DNA of 64,000 bases. Source: Clostridiales bacterium. Lineage in GTDB: Bacteria; Bacillota; Clostridia; Christensenellales; CAG-314. Each line of letters starts with the position of its first letter. Position 1 is the stretch's first letter. The stretch covers positions 24,982 to 88,981 of the forward strand of contig JAFLVK010000004.1 in the NCBI GenBank assembly GCA_022508345.1. The letters are read 5' to 3'. Shown here piece after piece: positions 28,029 through 38,556 of this stretch. Below the pieces are notes generated by a model that worked only from the letters and a program-made list of their open reading frames with translations, did not search any database and was not told the DNA's origin. The position numbers and the translations under genes were made by a program.

Positions 28029-28062
28029 AAAAAAAGCGTAATTCAAATTAACTGAATTACGC
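28029..28062 (-). terminator. Rho-independent terminator after efp
   Basis: 10-bp stem GCGTAATTCA / TGAATTACGC (28036-28045 and 28053-28062), followed on the minus strand by TTTTTTT. Confidence 0.75.
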
Positions 28063-28087
28063 CTTTGTTATTTTTTATATAAATTAA

Positions 28088-28648
28088 TTATTTTGCTCTT
28101 TCCATGTATTCGCCTGTGCGTGTGTCGATACGGATCATATCGCCTTCGTTGACGAACATAGGAACCATGAGCGTGTAGCCTGTTTCTACGGTTGCGGGCT
28201 TTGTTGCATTTGTTGCGGTGTTGCCGGCAACAGCGGGTTCACAGCTTACAACCTGCAAAACTACGAAGTTGGGAGGTTCTACAGAGAATGCCTCGCCCTT
28301 GTAGAACTTGATTGTTGCGGACATATTCTCTTTCAAGAATTGCAAAGCATCTTCTACCTGACCGTGGTTAAGGGGTACTTGCTCGTATGTTTCATTGTCC
28401 ATGAAGTAATACAAGTCGCCGTCGCTGTAAAGATATTCCATTTCCTTATTTTCAATACGCGCCAGTTCAAATTTTTCCGACGGGTTGAATGTTTCTTCAC
28501 GTACTGCGCCTGTAACAACATTTTTTATCTTTGTTCTAACAAAAGCTGCGCCCTTGCCCGGTTTTACGTGTTGGAAATCAACGATTACGTAAATACCGTT
28601 GTTGTAAACGAATGTTACGCCTTTTCTAAAATCGCCTGCTAAAATCAT
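28088..28648 (-). CDS. efp: Elongation factor P
   Basis: 186 aa starting [13 protein letters not shown]...[21 protein letters not shown]..., the canonical EF-P sequence. Confidence 0.95.
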   Translation of the reverse strand: MILAGDFRKGVTFVYNNGIYVIVDFQHVKPGKGAAFVRTKIKNVVTGAVREETFNPSEKFELARIENKEMEYLYSDGDLYYFMDNETYEQVPLNHGQVEDALQFLKENMSATIKFYKGEAFSVEPPNFVVLQVVSCEPAVAGNTATNATKPATVETGYTLMVPMFVNEGDMIRIDTRTGEYMERAK

Positions 28649-28674
28649 AAATTGTAAGCCTCCCTGTGTTTATC

Positions 28675-29742
28675 CTATAAGATTATAATATTTTTGTCTG
28701 ATGTTGTCAAATCTATTACGCCATCTTGCTCAATAAGTAGCAAGTCTTCTATTCTTACCCCGCCAACCCCGGGAATATATATGCCCGGTTCGCATGTAAT
28801 AAATTGCTTTGCGGTGAGCGTATCTGTCGAACGCGCATTAGCTGTTGGTATTTCATGAATATCAATGCCCAAGCTATGACCTGTGCCGTGCGTAAAATAC
28901 TGCTCGTAACCGTTAGACTTGATGTATTCACGGCAGAAAGAGTCAAGCTCCTTGCCTGTCATGCCGCAGTATGCGTTGTTGATACCCATCTTTTGAGCCA
29001 GCAGTACCACATTGTAAATTTTACGCAACTCTTCCGACGGTTCACCAACAAACACTGTACGCGTCATATCCGAACAATATCCGTGATAACGTGCGCCGAA
29101 GTCCATAGTTACTGGATCGCCAAGTTGTATCACCTTGTCGGTTGGGTGAGCATGCGGTTTGGAGGAATTGACGCCAGACGCAATTATTGTATCAAATGCC
29201 AATCCTTCTGCGCCGTTCCTCGCCATTATGTATTCCAGCTCAATTGCAATTTCCCTTTCGGTAACACCCGGCTTGATTATCTTAAGTATTTTGGAAAAAG
29301 CGAAGTCTGTTATGGACTGAGCTTTTTTGATATACTCAATTTCCGTATCTGTTTTGAAACTGCGAACGTAATTGATATCTTTACCTACAGGAACAAGTCT
29401 AAATTCGCCAAGGTCCTCCGACAAGGTAATATGCTCGCTTACAGTAAGCTCCGTATCTTCATACCCGACGGTCTTAACTCCGTACTTCTTAAAGATATCA
29501 ACAAGCGTATCCGTTGCGCTTACGCCGTTACTAATCTGAACAACCGAAACGCCGTCCTTTTCAAGGCTCTGCGCCATTTCGTAATATCTCGGGTCGGTGA
29601 TAAAGATATTTTTGTTGTTACGCATCAAAACAAGATAACCGAATGTTGAAGCAAATCCTGTAAAGTACAATCTGTTTTTCTCGCTGATAACTAGCGCTGC
29701 ATCAACCTTGGCTAGCTCAAATAGTTTGTCTGTTTTTTTCAT
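28675..29742 (-). CDS. Xaa-Pro aminopeptidase / M24B family peptidase
   Basis: 355 aa with pita-bread metal ligand contexts (...DFGARYHGYCSDMTRT..., ...HGTGHSLGIDIHE..., ...EPGIY...GGVRIEDL...). Confidence 0.85.
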   Translation of the reverse strand: MKKTDKLFELAKVDAALVISEKNRLYFTGFASTFGYLVLMRNNKNIFITDPRYYEMAQSLEKDGVSVVQISNGVSATDTLVDIFKKYGVKTVGYEDTELTVSEHITLSEDLGEFRLVPVGKDINYVRSFKTDTEIEYIKKAQSITDFAFSKILKIIKPGVTEREIAIELEYIMARNGAEGLAFDTIIASGVNSSKPHAHPTDKVIQLGDPVTMDFGARYHGYCSDMTRTVFVGEPSEELRKIYNVVLLAQKMGINNAYCGMTGKELDSFCREYIKSNGYEQYFTHGTGHSLGIDIHEIPTANARSTDTLTAKQFITCEPGIYIPGVGGVRIEDLLLIEQDGVIDLTTSDKNIIIL

Positions 29743-29767
29743 ATAACCCTCCTTAGCCGCTCAGCCC

Positions 29768-30613
29768 TTACAGGCTTTCGTAAACGCGCTTCATGTACAG
29801 TGCGTCGTCTGCCTGCGTGCCGTCCGATTCGCAAATGACAACAGGTGCTAGCTTGTACGTTTTAAGCACCTTTGCCAAAGGCTCGAACTCCGGTCCAAAT
29901 ACCGTATCTTCAAAAGTCAAATGCTTTACTTCGCCGCCGTTGCTGTATTCTATCTTGGAAAAGTGAATGTGCATTGCGCTCGTTCTTTCTGTACCAAGAT
30001 TGTTCAGCAAGTGCGAAATTATCTTTTCGTAATCTTCTACCGTCTTTAAGCTTCCGTAGGTACGGGCATTTATGTGTCCGAAATCTATTGTAGGAATAAA
30101 GAAATCTGCCACTTTGCAAAATTCCGTTACTTCCTCAACGTCGCCAATTTGGTTGATTTTCCCCATCGTTTCAGGACAGAATATACAGTCGTCCATTTTG
30201 TTTTCTACGATAAGCTTTGCTAAAATCTCCATGCGTTTTTTAGTCAGTTCAACCGCGTCTTTCCTTGTCATTTTACCTACTGTTGACGGGTGGAAAATCA
30301 CTCTGTTGCCGTAAAACTCGCGCACTTTTTGACAGCTTCTAAGCACGTATCCGTACGACTTTTCCGCCATTTCATCGGACGGATTGGCGAAATTGATGTA
30401 ATAAGGCGCATGAACGGATATCGCTACGTCGTATGCCTTGCCAAGCTCACCTATCGCATTTGCTTTTTCGTTGCTTATGTTTATTCCCCTACCAAAGGAA
30501 TATTCGTAGGCGCTCAAGCCCTGTTCCGCAAGCCACTTGGGCGCGTCCACTGAGGAAGAATGCCCCTCGTCGTAAAAACGGTTGCAGTTTCCGCTTGGTC
30601 CAAATCTAATCAT
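29768..30613 (-). CDS. Endonuclease IV (AP endonuclease family 2)-like TIM-barrel protein
   Basis: 281 aa. HAPYYINFA, IDFGH and HIHFS resemble the three family-2 AP endonuclease signatures. Confidence 0.65.
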   Translation of the reverse strand: MIRFGPSGNCNRFYDEGHSSSVDAPKWLAEQGLSAYEYSFGRGINISNEKANAIGELGKAYDVAISVHAPYYINFANPSDEMAEKSYGYVLRSCQKVREFYGNRVIFHPSTVGKMTRKDAVELTKKRMEILAKLIVENKMDDCIFCPETMGKINQIGDVEEVTEFCKVADFFIPTIDFGHINARTYGSLKTVEDYEKIISHLLNNLGTERTSAMHIHFSKIEYSNGGEVKHLTFEDTVFGPEFEPLAKVLKTYKLAPVVICESDGTQADDALYMKRVYESL

Positions 30614-31493
30614 TTAATACCGTTTCCCTGTCCTGTTTTAGTTGCTGCACAAGTTCATTTACATCGTTGTATTTGCGTATTGGGCGCAAAAAGCGCGTCA
30701 ACGCTACCTTCAATGTCCTATCGTACAAGTCACCGTCAAAATTCAAAACATGCGCTTCTATATTGACGTAATCAAGCCCGAATGTGGGCTTTTGACCAAT
30801 GTTTACAATCGACCTGTAGCTTTTCCCGTCTATTTCCGTTGTGCCGCCGTAAACGCCTATCGGCAATAGCTTTTCACTGCTAACTTGCAGGTTAGCTGTA
30901 GGAAACCCCATCGCGCTACCGACTCGCCGTCCGTGCACAACTTTGCCCATTACAAAGTACGGCTCGGATAACAGTTTATTTACTGTAGCTATATCCGATT
31001 TTTCCAGCATTTCGCGCACCAATGTGGTACTCACCTTTGAACCGTTCCAACATATTGCTTGTACAATATCCACGTGGCATACGTCGGCAAGACATGCTGT
31101 CAAGGTGTTACTGTCCATACGGTCGCTTCCACAGCTGTAATCAAATCCGCACACAACGCCTTTCAAGTTATATTTAACAAGCTGTGCAACAAATTGATTA
31201 CCTGTGCAAGCACGAAATTGATTGTTGAATTCGGTGGATAACACCACATCAACGCCCAAGTTTTTGTACAGTTCCAAACGCTCGGGGAATGTATATACCA
31301 CTGTGGAATCTTTACCAAGCACCCTCAGGTGATTGTTACTGAACGTAAACAATGCCACCTTTGCCTGATGCTCACGCGCGCGAAGTTTTGCAACCTCAAG
31401 CAGCTTGACATGCCCGCTGTGCATGGTTCCGAAATACCCCAAACACAGTACAATAGGACAATTAAGTTGTTGACCGAATTCTATAACTTGCAC
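30606..31493 (-). CDS. ribF: Bifunctional riboflavin kinase / FMN adenylyltransferase
   Basis: 295 aa with an N-terminal nucleotidyltransferase (GYFGTMHSGHVKLL) and a C-terminal riboflavin kinase (...GFPTANL...). Confidence 0.9.
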   Translation of the reverse strand: MQVIEFGQQLNCPIVLCLGYFGTMHSGHVKLLEVAKLRAREHQAKVALFTFSNNHLRVLGKDSTVVYTFPERLELYKNLGVDVVLSTEFNNQFRACTGNQFVAQLVKYNLKGVVCGFDYSCGSDRMDSNTLTACLADVCHVDIVQAICWNGSKVSTTLVREMLEKSDIATVNKLLSEPYFVMGKVVHGRRVGSAMGFPTANLQVSSEKLLPIGVYGGTTEIDGKSYRSIVNIGQKPTFGLDYVNIEAHVLNFDGDLYDRTLKVALTRFLRPIRKYNDVNELVQQLKQDRETVLND

Positions 31494-31500
31494 AGTACCC

Positions 31501-32355
31501 CTAAATTGCGTTTTTCAAGTAGTATTCCAAGTCCAGACGTCCGTTGACAGATTTGCCAAGTCCGAAAAATACTCCTTTGCAGTAAATTTTTCTGTACCCG
31601 TCGAACTCTGCATGCACACTACGTCCGTTATTTAAATCGTCGAATAATTTATCCTCTACAACGTAATCTTCTACGTCTTTAATCGGATACATTATATCAA
31701 CCAAACATTGTTCCTTTAACTCACGGATTTCGTCTAATGTATAAGCGCTTTCAATATCGAAGCAACCCGATTGCAAACGGATTAGCCCGCTCATATAACC
31801 GACCGTACCGCATGCGTTTGCTATATCTCGAGCAAGCGAACGGATATATGTTCCGCCACTACACTTGATATCGACAACAAACGTATCAGCGCTACGCTGT
31901 TCCACAAATGAAATGTCGTATATTTGCACAGCCCTGGAACAAAGCTCTAGCGTTTGCCCGTTACGAGCCAGCTTGTAAGCTCTTACGCCTCCAACCGATA
32001 TTGCGGAATAAGCAGGCGGAACCTGTTGAATTTCCCCTGCAAAGCCTTTCAAAGCCTCGGTAAGCTGTTCAGTTGTAGGCACCGTGCCGTCACTTTCAAT
32101 TACCTCACCGTAAGAATCCAAAGTATCCGTTGTTTTGCCAAATGTGAAAAAAGCACGGTAAAACTTTACTTTGTTAGTGAGGAAATTAAACAGCTTTGTG
32201 CCCTGTCCAACTGCAACGGGGAGCACTCCGCTTGCGCCGGGATCCAGTGTTCCCAGGTGTCCGACTTTTTTTTCGTGTAAAACATGCTTGATACAAACTA
32301 CAACATCGCTGGCTGTTGCGCCAACCGGTTTAAGCACGTTGATAAAACCGTTCAT
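31501..32355 (-). CDS. truB: tRNA pseudouridine(55) synthase
   Basis: MNGFINVLKPVGATASDVV...GHLGTLDPGASGVL (catalytic Asp motif). The true start is ATG 32355 (ATGA overlap with the nrnA stop). The ORF-track start at 32463 is over-extended. Confidence 0.9.
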   Translation of the reverse strand: MNGFINVLKPVGATASDVVVCIKHVLHEKKVGHLGTLDPGASGVLPVAVGQGTKLFNFLTNKVKFYRAFFTFGKTTDTLDSYGEVIESDGTVPTTEQLTEALKGFAGEIQQVPPAYSAISVGGVRAYKLARNGQTLELCSRAVQIYDISFVEQRSADTFVVDIKCSGGTYIRSLARDIANACGTVGYMSGLIRLQSGCFDIESAYTLDEIRELKEQCLVDIMYPIKDVEDYVVEDKLFDDLNNGRSVHAEFDGYRKIYCKGVFFGLGKSVNGRLDLEYYLKNAI

Positions 32356-33314
32356 ATTGTATATCCTACTACGCGGACAATTTTTTCGATAACGTCCTCT
32401 AAAAATCCCGAAATCATACACGCGGAAGCCAAAACGTGTCCGCCTCCGCCAAATTCCTTGCATACGTCGCGCACGGAAAAATCCTTGCCACGCATGCTAA
32501 CCTTGTAGACATTGGGCGCATATTCCGTCATGCACACGCCAACCTTTGCCGTGTCAATGTTTATTGCGTACTGAACAAGGAATGACGATGCGTTGAATTT
32601 CAGTCCAAATTCCTCTAAATCTGTCTGCGTCAAATACATCAGCATCATTTTACCGTCGTAAAAGGTGCGCATGTGTGATAATGCCCTACACAGCAGTTTA
32701 GTCTCTTGCAGGCTAATGTCCTTGAAGAATACGCGGTTTATTTGCTCCATATGAGCCCCACGTTCACACAGCTCAGCCGCCATCATAAAGCAAGCCTTGT
32801 CTGTATTGTTGTGCGCAAAGTTTCCCGTATCGGTACACAAACCCATGTACAAATAGGTCGCCAACTGTTCGTCAATGTCAATTTGCAATTCCTTTACAAG
32901 CTCGTATATTATCTGACACGTGCTTGCGTAAGGCTTGAGACAATTGTATTTAGAATAGTACTCACCGCCATGATGATCGATTGTAAGCGTTTCAGCAAAC
33001 TTGCTGTAAATGCCCGAAAATTCACCCACTCGGTTGATGTCCCCGCAATCTACAGCAACAAACAGGTCGTATTTGCCCGAAAAGTTAGTGGAAATACTAG
33101 CAACTTCTACAAATACGCTCAGTTTGCTCTCCATTGGCATATCGCAAAAGATGTCGACGTGCTTGCCCAGTTTGCGCAATGCCAAGGCAAGCGCAATGCA
33201 TGATCCTATCGTATCGCCATCGGGATGCGTGTGAGCAAACAACGCAATGCGCTGCTTACCCGACAGCAATTCGGCAACTTGGCTAACGCTCGTCGTCTTT
33301 CTTTCCGATTTCAT
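32352..33314 (-). CDS. nrnA: DHH/DHHA1 phosphoesterase (NrnA-type oligoribonuclease / pAp phosphatase)
   Basis: 320 aa with HTHPDGDTIGS, DCGD and IDHH motifs and a C-terminal GGGH (DHHA1) motif. Confidence 0.8.
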   Translation of the reverse strand: MKSERKTTSVSQVAELLSGKQRIALFAHTHPDGDTIGSCIALALALRKLGKHVDIFCDMPMESKLSVFVEVASISTNFSGKYDLFVAVDCGDINRVGEFSGIYSKFAETLTIDHHGGEYYSKYNCLKPYASTCQIIYELVKELQIDIDEQLATYLYMGLCTDTGNFAHNNTDKACFMMAAELCERGAHMEQINRVFFKDISLQETKLLCRALSHMRTFYDGKMMLMYLTQTDLEEFGLKFNASSFLVQYAINIDTAKVGVCMTEYAPNVYKVSMRGKDFSVRDVCKEFGGGGHVLASACMISGFLEDVIEKIVRVVGYTI

Positions 33315-33642
33315 AAAGCATCTCGCTTATCTTTTGACCGTACGCCATTGAAGTGTCTAAAATGAAGTTGAACTCCGGCACTTTGCGGATGTGCATGGTA
33401 CGCGATATCTCCCTACGCACAAAAGGCTCATTTTCCTTGATTGCAAGGAAAGTTTGTGTAGCTTTCTCAGTGTCCGTGGAGTACACGCTGATATAGACTT
33501 TTGCCGTGGCAAGTTCCTTGTCTGTGTCCACGTCCAAGACGGTAAACATTTCCGTAATACGCGGATCCTTCACCTTTCTTTGGAGAATCTCCACAATCAA
33601 GCGTTTAAATTCGGAATTTAGTTTGTTAGTTCTAGTGTTCAT
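33283..33642 (-). CDS. rbfA: Ribosome-binding factor A
   Basis: 119 aa with ...[22 protein letters not shown]...[20 protein letters not shown]..., typical of RbfA. ATGA overlap with the infB stop. Confidence 0.9.
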   Translation of the reverse strand: MNTRTNKLNSEFKRLIVEILQRKVKDPRITEMFTVLDVDTDKELATAKVYISVYSTDTEKATQTFLAIKENEPFVRREISRTMHIRKVPEFNFILDTSMAYGQKISEMLYEIGKKDDER

Positions 33643-36188
33643 TGAGCAATCTCTTCCATTTGATAAATTTCAAATACGTCGCCAATCTTGATATCGTTGT
33701 AGTTCTCAACAGAGATACCGCACTCATAGCCCTGAGCAACTTCCTTGACATCGTCCTTGAAGCGTTTCAGCGCCAAGATATTGCCGTCGTATATGCTGAT
33801 ATTGTTGCGGTAAATACGTACCTTACCGTTGCGGATAGCCTTACCGCTTGTGACATAGCAACCGGCAACAGCACCAACACCCGTAATCTTGAATACTTCG
33901 CGTACTTCAACACTACCTGTAACAGTTTCGCGGAACTTGGGCGCCAGCATACCTTTCATAGCAGCAGTTACGTCGTCAACTGCGTCGTAAATTACGCTGT
34001 ACAGGCGAACGTCCACGCCCTCCTTTTCAGCAAGTGCCTTGGCGTTGGAGTCTGCGCGTACGTTAAATCCGATTACAATTGCTTCGGACGCCTTAGCAAG
34101 CATGATGTCCGTTTCGTTAATTCCACCCACGCCGCCGTGAATTGCGCTGACCTTTACTTCGTTGTTAGAAATCTTTTCCAAGCTGCTCTTCAATGCTTCT
34201 AAGCTACCTTGAACGTCGGTTTTAATAATAATGTTGAGTGTCTTGAGTTGTCCCTCGGAAATACGTCCGAACAAATCGCCAAGGTTGATTGACGGGGTTT
34301 GACGTGCATTCTCCAGCTTGACTTTGTTTTTGCGTTCTTCTGCGGCTTTCTTGACAAGCTTCTCGTCAGCAACGTACATGTAGTCGCCTGCTTGGGGAAC
34401 TTCGGAAAAGCCCAAAACTTCGACAGGCATTGACGGACCTGCGCTCTTGATTTTCTTGCCCTTGTCGTCAAACATTGCACGAATTTTACCCGTTGCATAA
34501 CCGGCAATTACGCTGTCGCCAACACTGAGCGTACCGTTGCTAACAAGTATAGTTGCAACAGGACCTCTGCCCTTGTCTAGCTTAGCTTCGATAACAGTAC
34601 CTGTAGCACGTTTTTCGGGGTTAGCCTTGAGCTCTTTTATTTCAGTAACCAAAAGCACACTTTCAAGCAATTTGTCCAGTCCCATACCGGTTTTTGCGGA
34701 TACAGGTACCATGATTGTCTCGCCGCCCCATTCCTCGGGTACAAGTTCGTATTCGGTAAGCTGTTGCTTTACTCTGTCGGGGTCGATGTGCGGTTTATCC
34801 ATCTTGTTGATGGCAACAACAATGGATACGCCAGCAGCCTTTGCGTGGTTGATAGCTTCAATTGTCTGAGGCATTACGCCGTCGTCTGCTGCAACCACAA
34901 TGATTGCAACGTCGGTAATCTTTGCACCGCGGGCGCGCATTGCAGTAAAAGCTGCGTGTCCAGGGGTATCGATAAAGGTGATTAACTCGCCGTTAGCGGT
35001 AACGGTATATGCACCGATGTGCTGTGTAATGCCGCCAGCCTCGCCACTTGTTACGTTGGTGTTACGTATAGCATCCAGCAGGGAGGTTTTGCCGTGGTCT
35101 ACGTGTCCCATAACAGTAACAATAGGTGGACGTTTGGTGTTGTTTTCCAGTCCGTCGTCCGCTTCCGCGTTGTAAATTATTTCTTCGGCTGTCTTTTCCA
35201 GCTTCAATTCAAGTGTAACGCCGTGCATTCCTGCAACGTATTCGGCGTAGTCGAAGTCAACGGTATCGTTGATTGTCTTCATGATGCCTTCCTTGAACAG
35301 CTGCTTGATAATTTCAGAAGCAGACACACCGATTTTTTCGCTCAGCACCTTGATTGCAACTTCTTCACTAGTTACGACTGCATGCGTAATCTTGGGAGCA
35401 ACAACCGTAGGAGTATCGCTAGATTTCTTGGTGCGTGCTCTGCGTACAACCTTATCCTCGTCGTAATCTGCACTGTAGTCGCGCGTAATAAGGCTCTTCT
35501 TCGACAGCGTTGAACGCTTCTCGTCGGGATGCTCCTTGGTCTTGTTTTTATTGCCGTGAGTTTTTTGCGGTTCGTTGCGTGGAATATCCATAACAGGCGC
35601 AAACGTCTTTCCAGCCCCAGGGCGAGATTGTTGTGCACCGCCGCGCTTTGCCTGCGCTTGATCGGGCTTACCGGGTCTAGCGCCTTGTTGAGGCTTATTT
35701 GCGCCATCGCGTTTAGCTATGCCTGCAGACGTGCTCGGCTTCTTGGATGCAGCTGACAAATCAAGGAATTTCCTTACCTTGACATTACCCTTTTCGTCAG
35801 TGTAAGTTTTTACTTCTCTGCCGTTCTCCACTGTGGTAACAACCTTGGTCTTGGGTTTTTCTACCACTGCGGGCTCTACGTCAGTAGCGTGTTCCACTTC
35901 AGCCTCAGCTTGGACAGCAGCAGCTTCTTCCACCTCTGAAACGACTTCTTCCGCAACAACGGGAGCAGCTACTTGTTCCACTTGCTCTGCAACTTCGGTT
36001 GTTGATTCAACCTCCAGCTGTCTAAATTCCGCCTTGCGCTCTTGTATCGCTTCGAACAGCGCATTTGCACGTTGTCTGATACCCGCTAGCGTCTGCTGCA
36101 AAGAGCGAGCAACATTTACCACATTAGTTTTGACAGTCTTGACGTTATCAAAACTTTTTGTTTTTTGTGTATTGGTTGTATTTGCCAT
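33639..36188 (-). CDS. infB: Translation initiation factor IF-2
   Basis: Low-complexity charged N-terminus followed by a GTPase domain ([23 protein letters not shown]). I chose the start at ATG 36188 (GGGAGG upstream) rather than the ORF-track TTG at 36203. Confidence 0.95.
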   Translation of the reverse strand: MANTTNTQKTKSFDNVKTVKTNVVNVARSLQQTLAGIRQRANALFEAIQERKAEFRQLEVESTTEVAEQVEQVAAPVVAEEVVSEVEEAAAVQAEAEVEHATDVEPAVVEKPKTKVVTTVENGREVKTYTDEKGNVKVRKFLDLSAASKKPSTSAGIAKRDGANKPQQGARPGKPDQAQAKRGGAQQSRPGAGKTFAPVMDIPRNEPQKTHGNKNKTKEHPDEKRSTLSKKSLITRDYSADYDEDKVVRRARTKKSSDTPTVVAPKITHAVVTSEEVAIKVLSEKIGVSASEIIKQLFKEGIMKTINDTVDFDYAEYVAGMHGVTLELKLEKTAEEIIYNAEADDGLENNTKRPPIVTVMGHVDHGKTSLLDAIRNTNVTSGEAGGITQHIGAYTVTANGELITFIDTPGHAAFTAMRARGAKITDVAIIVVAADDGVMPQTIEAINHAKAAGVSIVVAINKMDKPHIDPDRVKQQLTEYELVPEEWGGETIMVPVSAKTGMGLDKLLESVLLVTEIKELKANPEKRATGTVIEAKLDKGRGPVATILVSNGTLSVGDSVIAGYATGKIRAMFDDKGKKIKSAGPSMPVEVLGFSEVPQAGDYMYVADEKLVKKAAEERKNKVKLENARQTPSINLGDLFGRISEGQLKTLNIIIKTDVQGSLEALKSSLEKISNNEVKVSAIHGGVGGINETDIMLAKASEAIVIGFNVRADSNAKALAEKEGVDVRLYSVIYDAVDDVTAAMKGMLAPKFRETVTGSVEVREVFKITGVGAVAGCYVTSGKAIRNGKVRIYRNNISIYDGNILALKRFKDDVKEVAQGYECGISVENYNDIKIGDVFEIYQMEEIAQ

Positions 36189-36204
36189 ATTACCTCCCAG
36201 CAAT

Positions 36205-36486
36205 CTACATCAAATTTTCAAGTATAGCATTGGCAAGCGATTTATCGCATATAGCCAACGCCTTACAATTCTTTTTCCTGAGTGTTTCGAAGTCGTCAAT
36301 CTGCGCTAATGTACACCCTGTGCGCTCTGACACTTGCTTGAGAACCGAAAGAGAATTTTCCGACAAGGTAGGTGTGTACAGTAACAGGAGCAAGCGCTTT
36401 TTGCTGCTTTTTATCCCATCACAGCCGTAAACAACCGAGCCTTTTTTTATTGCGAACCCTATGTAAGTTTCTACTTTACTGTTCAA
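36205..36486 (-). CDS. ylxQ: L7Ae/L30e-family RNA-binding protein (YlxQ-like)
   Basis: 93 aa between ylxR and infB, with ...[12 protein letters not shown]...[17 protein letters not shown]..., the L7Ae-like pattern. Confidence 0.75.
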   Translation of the reverse strand: MNSKVETYIGFAIKKGSVVYGCDGIKSSKKRLLLLLYTPTLSENSLSVLKQVSERTGCTLAQIDDFETLRKKNCKALAICDKSLANAILENLM

Positions 36487-36736
36487 TTAAATTCTCCAAT
36501 TCTTGTGCCACGTTTTCTAGTGAGAAACCGTGCTGTTTAACAAAGCCTTTGTTCTTCAGTGCCTTGGTGATACATTCCTTGCACTTGCATAGATACACCC
36601 CGCGTCCGCCAAGCTTGCCTGTTTTGTCCACTGTTACGCCGTCCTCACTGTTTACGATACGGATAAGCTCAGCTTTGGGCTTCATTTGACGGCACACGAC
36701 GCACATTCTCTCAGGTATCTTTTTAGTAACGCCCAC
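36476..36736 (-). CDS. ylxR: YlxR/RnpM (DUF448) RNA-binding protein
   Basis: 86 aa with ...ERMCVVCRQMKPKAELIRIV...GRGVYLC... conserved. It lies immediately after nusA. Confidence 0.85.
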   Translation of the reverse strand: MGVTKKIPERMCVVCRQMKPKAELIRIVNSEDGVTVDKTGKLGGRGVYLCKCKECITKALKNKGFVKQHGFSLENVAQELENLIEQ

Positions 36737-36738
36737 TT

Positions 36739-37830
36739 TTATTCGTCCTCGTCAGTATTTTTAATATCGTCGAACATACCGCTTTGCATGGCTGCCGTGT
36801 AGGACTTGACGTCGATTTTCCAGCCGGTAAGCTTGGCTGCAAGGCGCGCGTTTTGTCCTTCCTTACCGATTGCAAGGGAAAGCTTTTCATCGGGAACGAC
36901 AACCTTTGCTTCCTTGTTGTCCTCGTCAGCCTGAACGATAAGTACCTTTGCAGGGGAAAGTGCCCTTGCAATGTAATCGAGGATATCGCTGCTCCAAGGT
37001 ATGATATCAATCTTTTCTCCGCCAATTTCCGAAACGATTGCATTTACGCGTGCGCCCTTGTTACCTACGCATGCGCCCACAGCGTCAATCTCGGGATCGG
37101 TTGAGTACACAGCCATTTTGGTACGGAAGCCTGCTTCGCGAACAATGCTCTTGATTTGTACAATGTCAGCACGTATTTCGGGAACTTCGTTTTCGAACAA
37201 ACGCTTGATGAACATGAAGCTAGCACGGGAAAGCATAACCTGCGTTCCGCCTGCGCCGTCGCGAACACGCTTTACAAGCACCTTTATTCTGTCGCCTGCG
37301 CGGTAGCGTTCACCGGGAATTTGCTCCTGAACGGTAAGCACACCTTCCATTTGGTTTTTGCCAATTTCAACGTAGATTGTTCCGTCGTCCTTAACGCGGG
37401 ATACCACGCCGATAAGCAACTCGTTCTCTTTGTCCATGTATTGGCTGAAAGTAACGTCCTTTTCCGCTTGATGCAAACTATTCATGATAACCTGGCGGGC
37501 ATTTTGAGCTGCAATTCTGCCAAAGCCGCGCGGGTCGATTTCCGTAAGCACTTCGTCGCCAAGCTTGTAGGATTTCTTTATTTGGCGAGCGTCTTCCAAG
37601 GAAATTTCCTTTTCGGGCGTTTCAACAGTTTCCACTACCGTCTTGCAGATATACACGCGAATAGCACACTTTTCAGGGAAAATCTTTACTACGATATTGG
37701 ACGCCTCGCCGTAATTCTTTTTGCAGGCGATGGTCAATGCGGTCTCCAAGGATTCGATAACTTTGTCCTTGCTGATACCCTTCAATTCTTCCAATTCGTC
37801 AAGAGCGAGAAAAAACTCTTTGCTTATCAT
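36739..37830 (-). CDS. nusA: Transcription termination/antitermination factor NusA
   Basis: 363 aa with an N-terminal domain, S1 and two KH domains (...[12 protein letters not shown]..., ...[25 protein letters not shown]..., ...[22 protein letters not shown]...). Confidence 0.95.
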   Translation of the reverse strand: MISKEFFLALDELEELKGISKDKVIESLETALTIACKKNYGEASNIVVKIFPEKCAIRVYICKTVVETVETPEKEISLEDARQIKKSYKLGDEVLTEIDPRGFGRIAAQNARQVIMNSLHQAEKDVTFSQYMDKENELLIGVVSRVKDDGTIYVEIGKNQMEGVLTVQEQIPGERYRAGDRIKVLVKRVRDGAGGTQVMLSRASFMFIKRLFENEVPEIRADIVQIKSIVREAGFRTKMAVYSTDPEIDAVGACVGNKGARVNAIVSEIGGEKIDIIPWSSDILDYIARALSPAKVLIVQADEDNKEAKVVVPDEKLSLAIGKEGQNARLAAKLTGWKIDVKSYTAAMQSGMFDDIKNTDEDE

Positions 37831-37842
37831 TGTTGTGTCCTC

Positions 37843-38301
37843 CTAAAACTCGATTACAGGCTCAACCTTGGCCGTATCTTTTTTGTTAAATGTTATTTGT
37901 TTTCCGTTTTTCATTTCAACCGTGAAAGTATCTTCGTCAAATGCTATCAGCACACCTTCATAAACCTTTTTGTTGTCCAAGGGTGTGTACAGCCTCACAG
38001 AAATTTTTTTGTTCATGTTACGTCTGTAATCACGTTCCGTTTTTAGCGGTCGGTCAATACCCGGCGAAGAAACATTCAAGATATATGACGTATCAATGGG
38101 ATCCAGTTCGTCAAGCGGTCCGTCAATTGCGCGATGCAACTTCTCACAGTCGTCAATTGTCACTCCGCTTTCCTTGTCGATAACTATTGTCAGGTTCATG
38201 CCGTCGTACTTCTTTTCGTACAGCACCTCCAGTACCTCCAGTCCAAACGACTCGGCAATAGGCTGTACCAACGATAGCACCTGTTCGGATACCTTTCCCA
38301 T
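37843..38301 (-). CDS. rimP: Ribosome maturation factor RimP
   Basis: 152 aa with ...LVQPIAESFGLEVLEV...LNVSSPGIDRPLK..., typical of RimP. AAGGAGG RBS. Confidence 0.9.
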   Translation of the reverse strand: MGKVSEQVLSLVQPIAESFGLEVLEVLYEKKYDGMNLTIVIDKESGVTIDDCEKLHRAIDGPLDELDPIDTSYILNVSSPGIDRPLKTERDYRRNMNKKISVRLYTPLDNKKVYEGVLIAFDEDTFTVEMKNGKQITFNKKDTAKVEPVIEF

Positions 38302-38321
38302 AAAACCTCCTTACAATAAGT

Positions 38322-38347
38322 TGAGAGTGGAGAAATCTCCACTCTCA
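38322..38347 (-). promoter_or_regulatory. Perfect 12-nt inverted repeat in the rimP-nusA 5' leader
   Basis: TGAGAGTGGAGA-AA-TCTCCACTCTCA (read directly). It sits about 20 nt upstream of the rimP ATG and downstream of the candidate promoter. No U-tract follows it. Confidence 0.4.
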
Positions 38348-38433
38348 CCAAGTAAACACATTAACTTTGGCGAAAAACGTACCGATACGTTCAAAACATA
38401 TCAATACCAACAAACAATCAGTTTGTTGTACTA

Positions 38434-38462
38434 AGTATACCACATTAGGCTATATTTGACAA
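38434..38462 (-). promoter_or_regulatory. Sigma-A-type promoter for rimP-nusA-infB operon
   Basis: Minus strand: TTGTCA (38462-38457), 17 nt, TATACT (38439-38434). Confidence 0.5.
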
Positions 38463-38556
38463 CTATTTATTAAAAATAATATATAAATAGGCTATTTTTG
38501 CCCCTACTATCGCTACTATGTTTGACATAGTATTATATTCTTGGTCAAATATCGAA

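Noticed and set aside
33639-36203. Repetitive, charged low-complexity stretch in the first ~250 codons of infB (AEEV/KPxx runs).
   Set aside because: This is the normal variable N-terminal region of IF-2, not a repeat element or an insertion.
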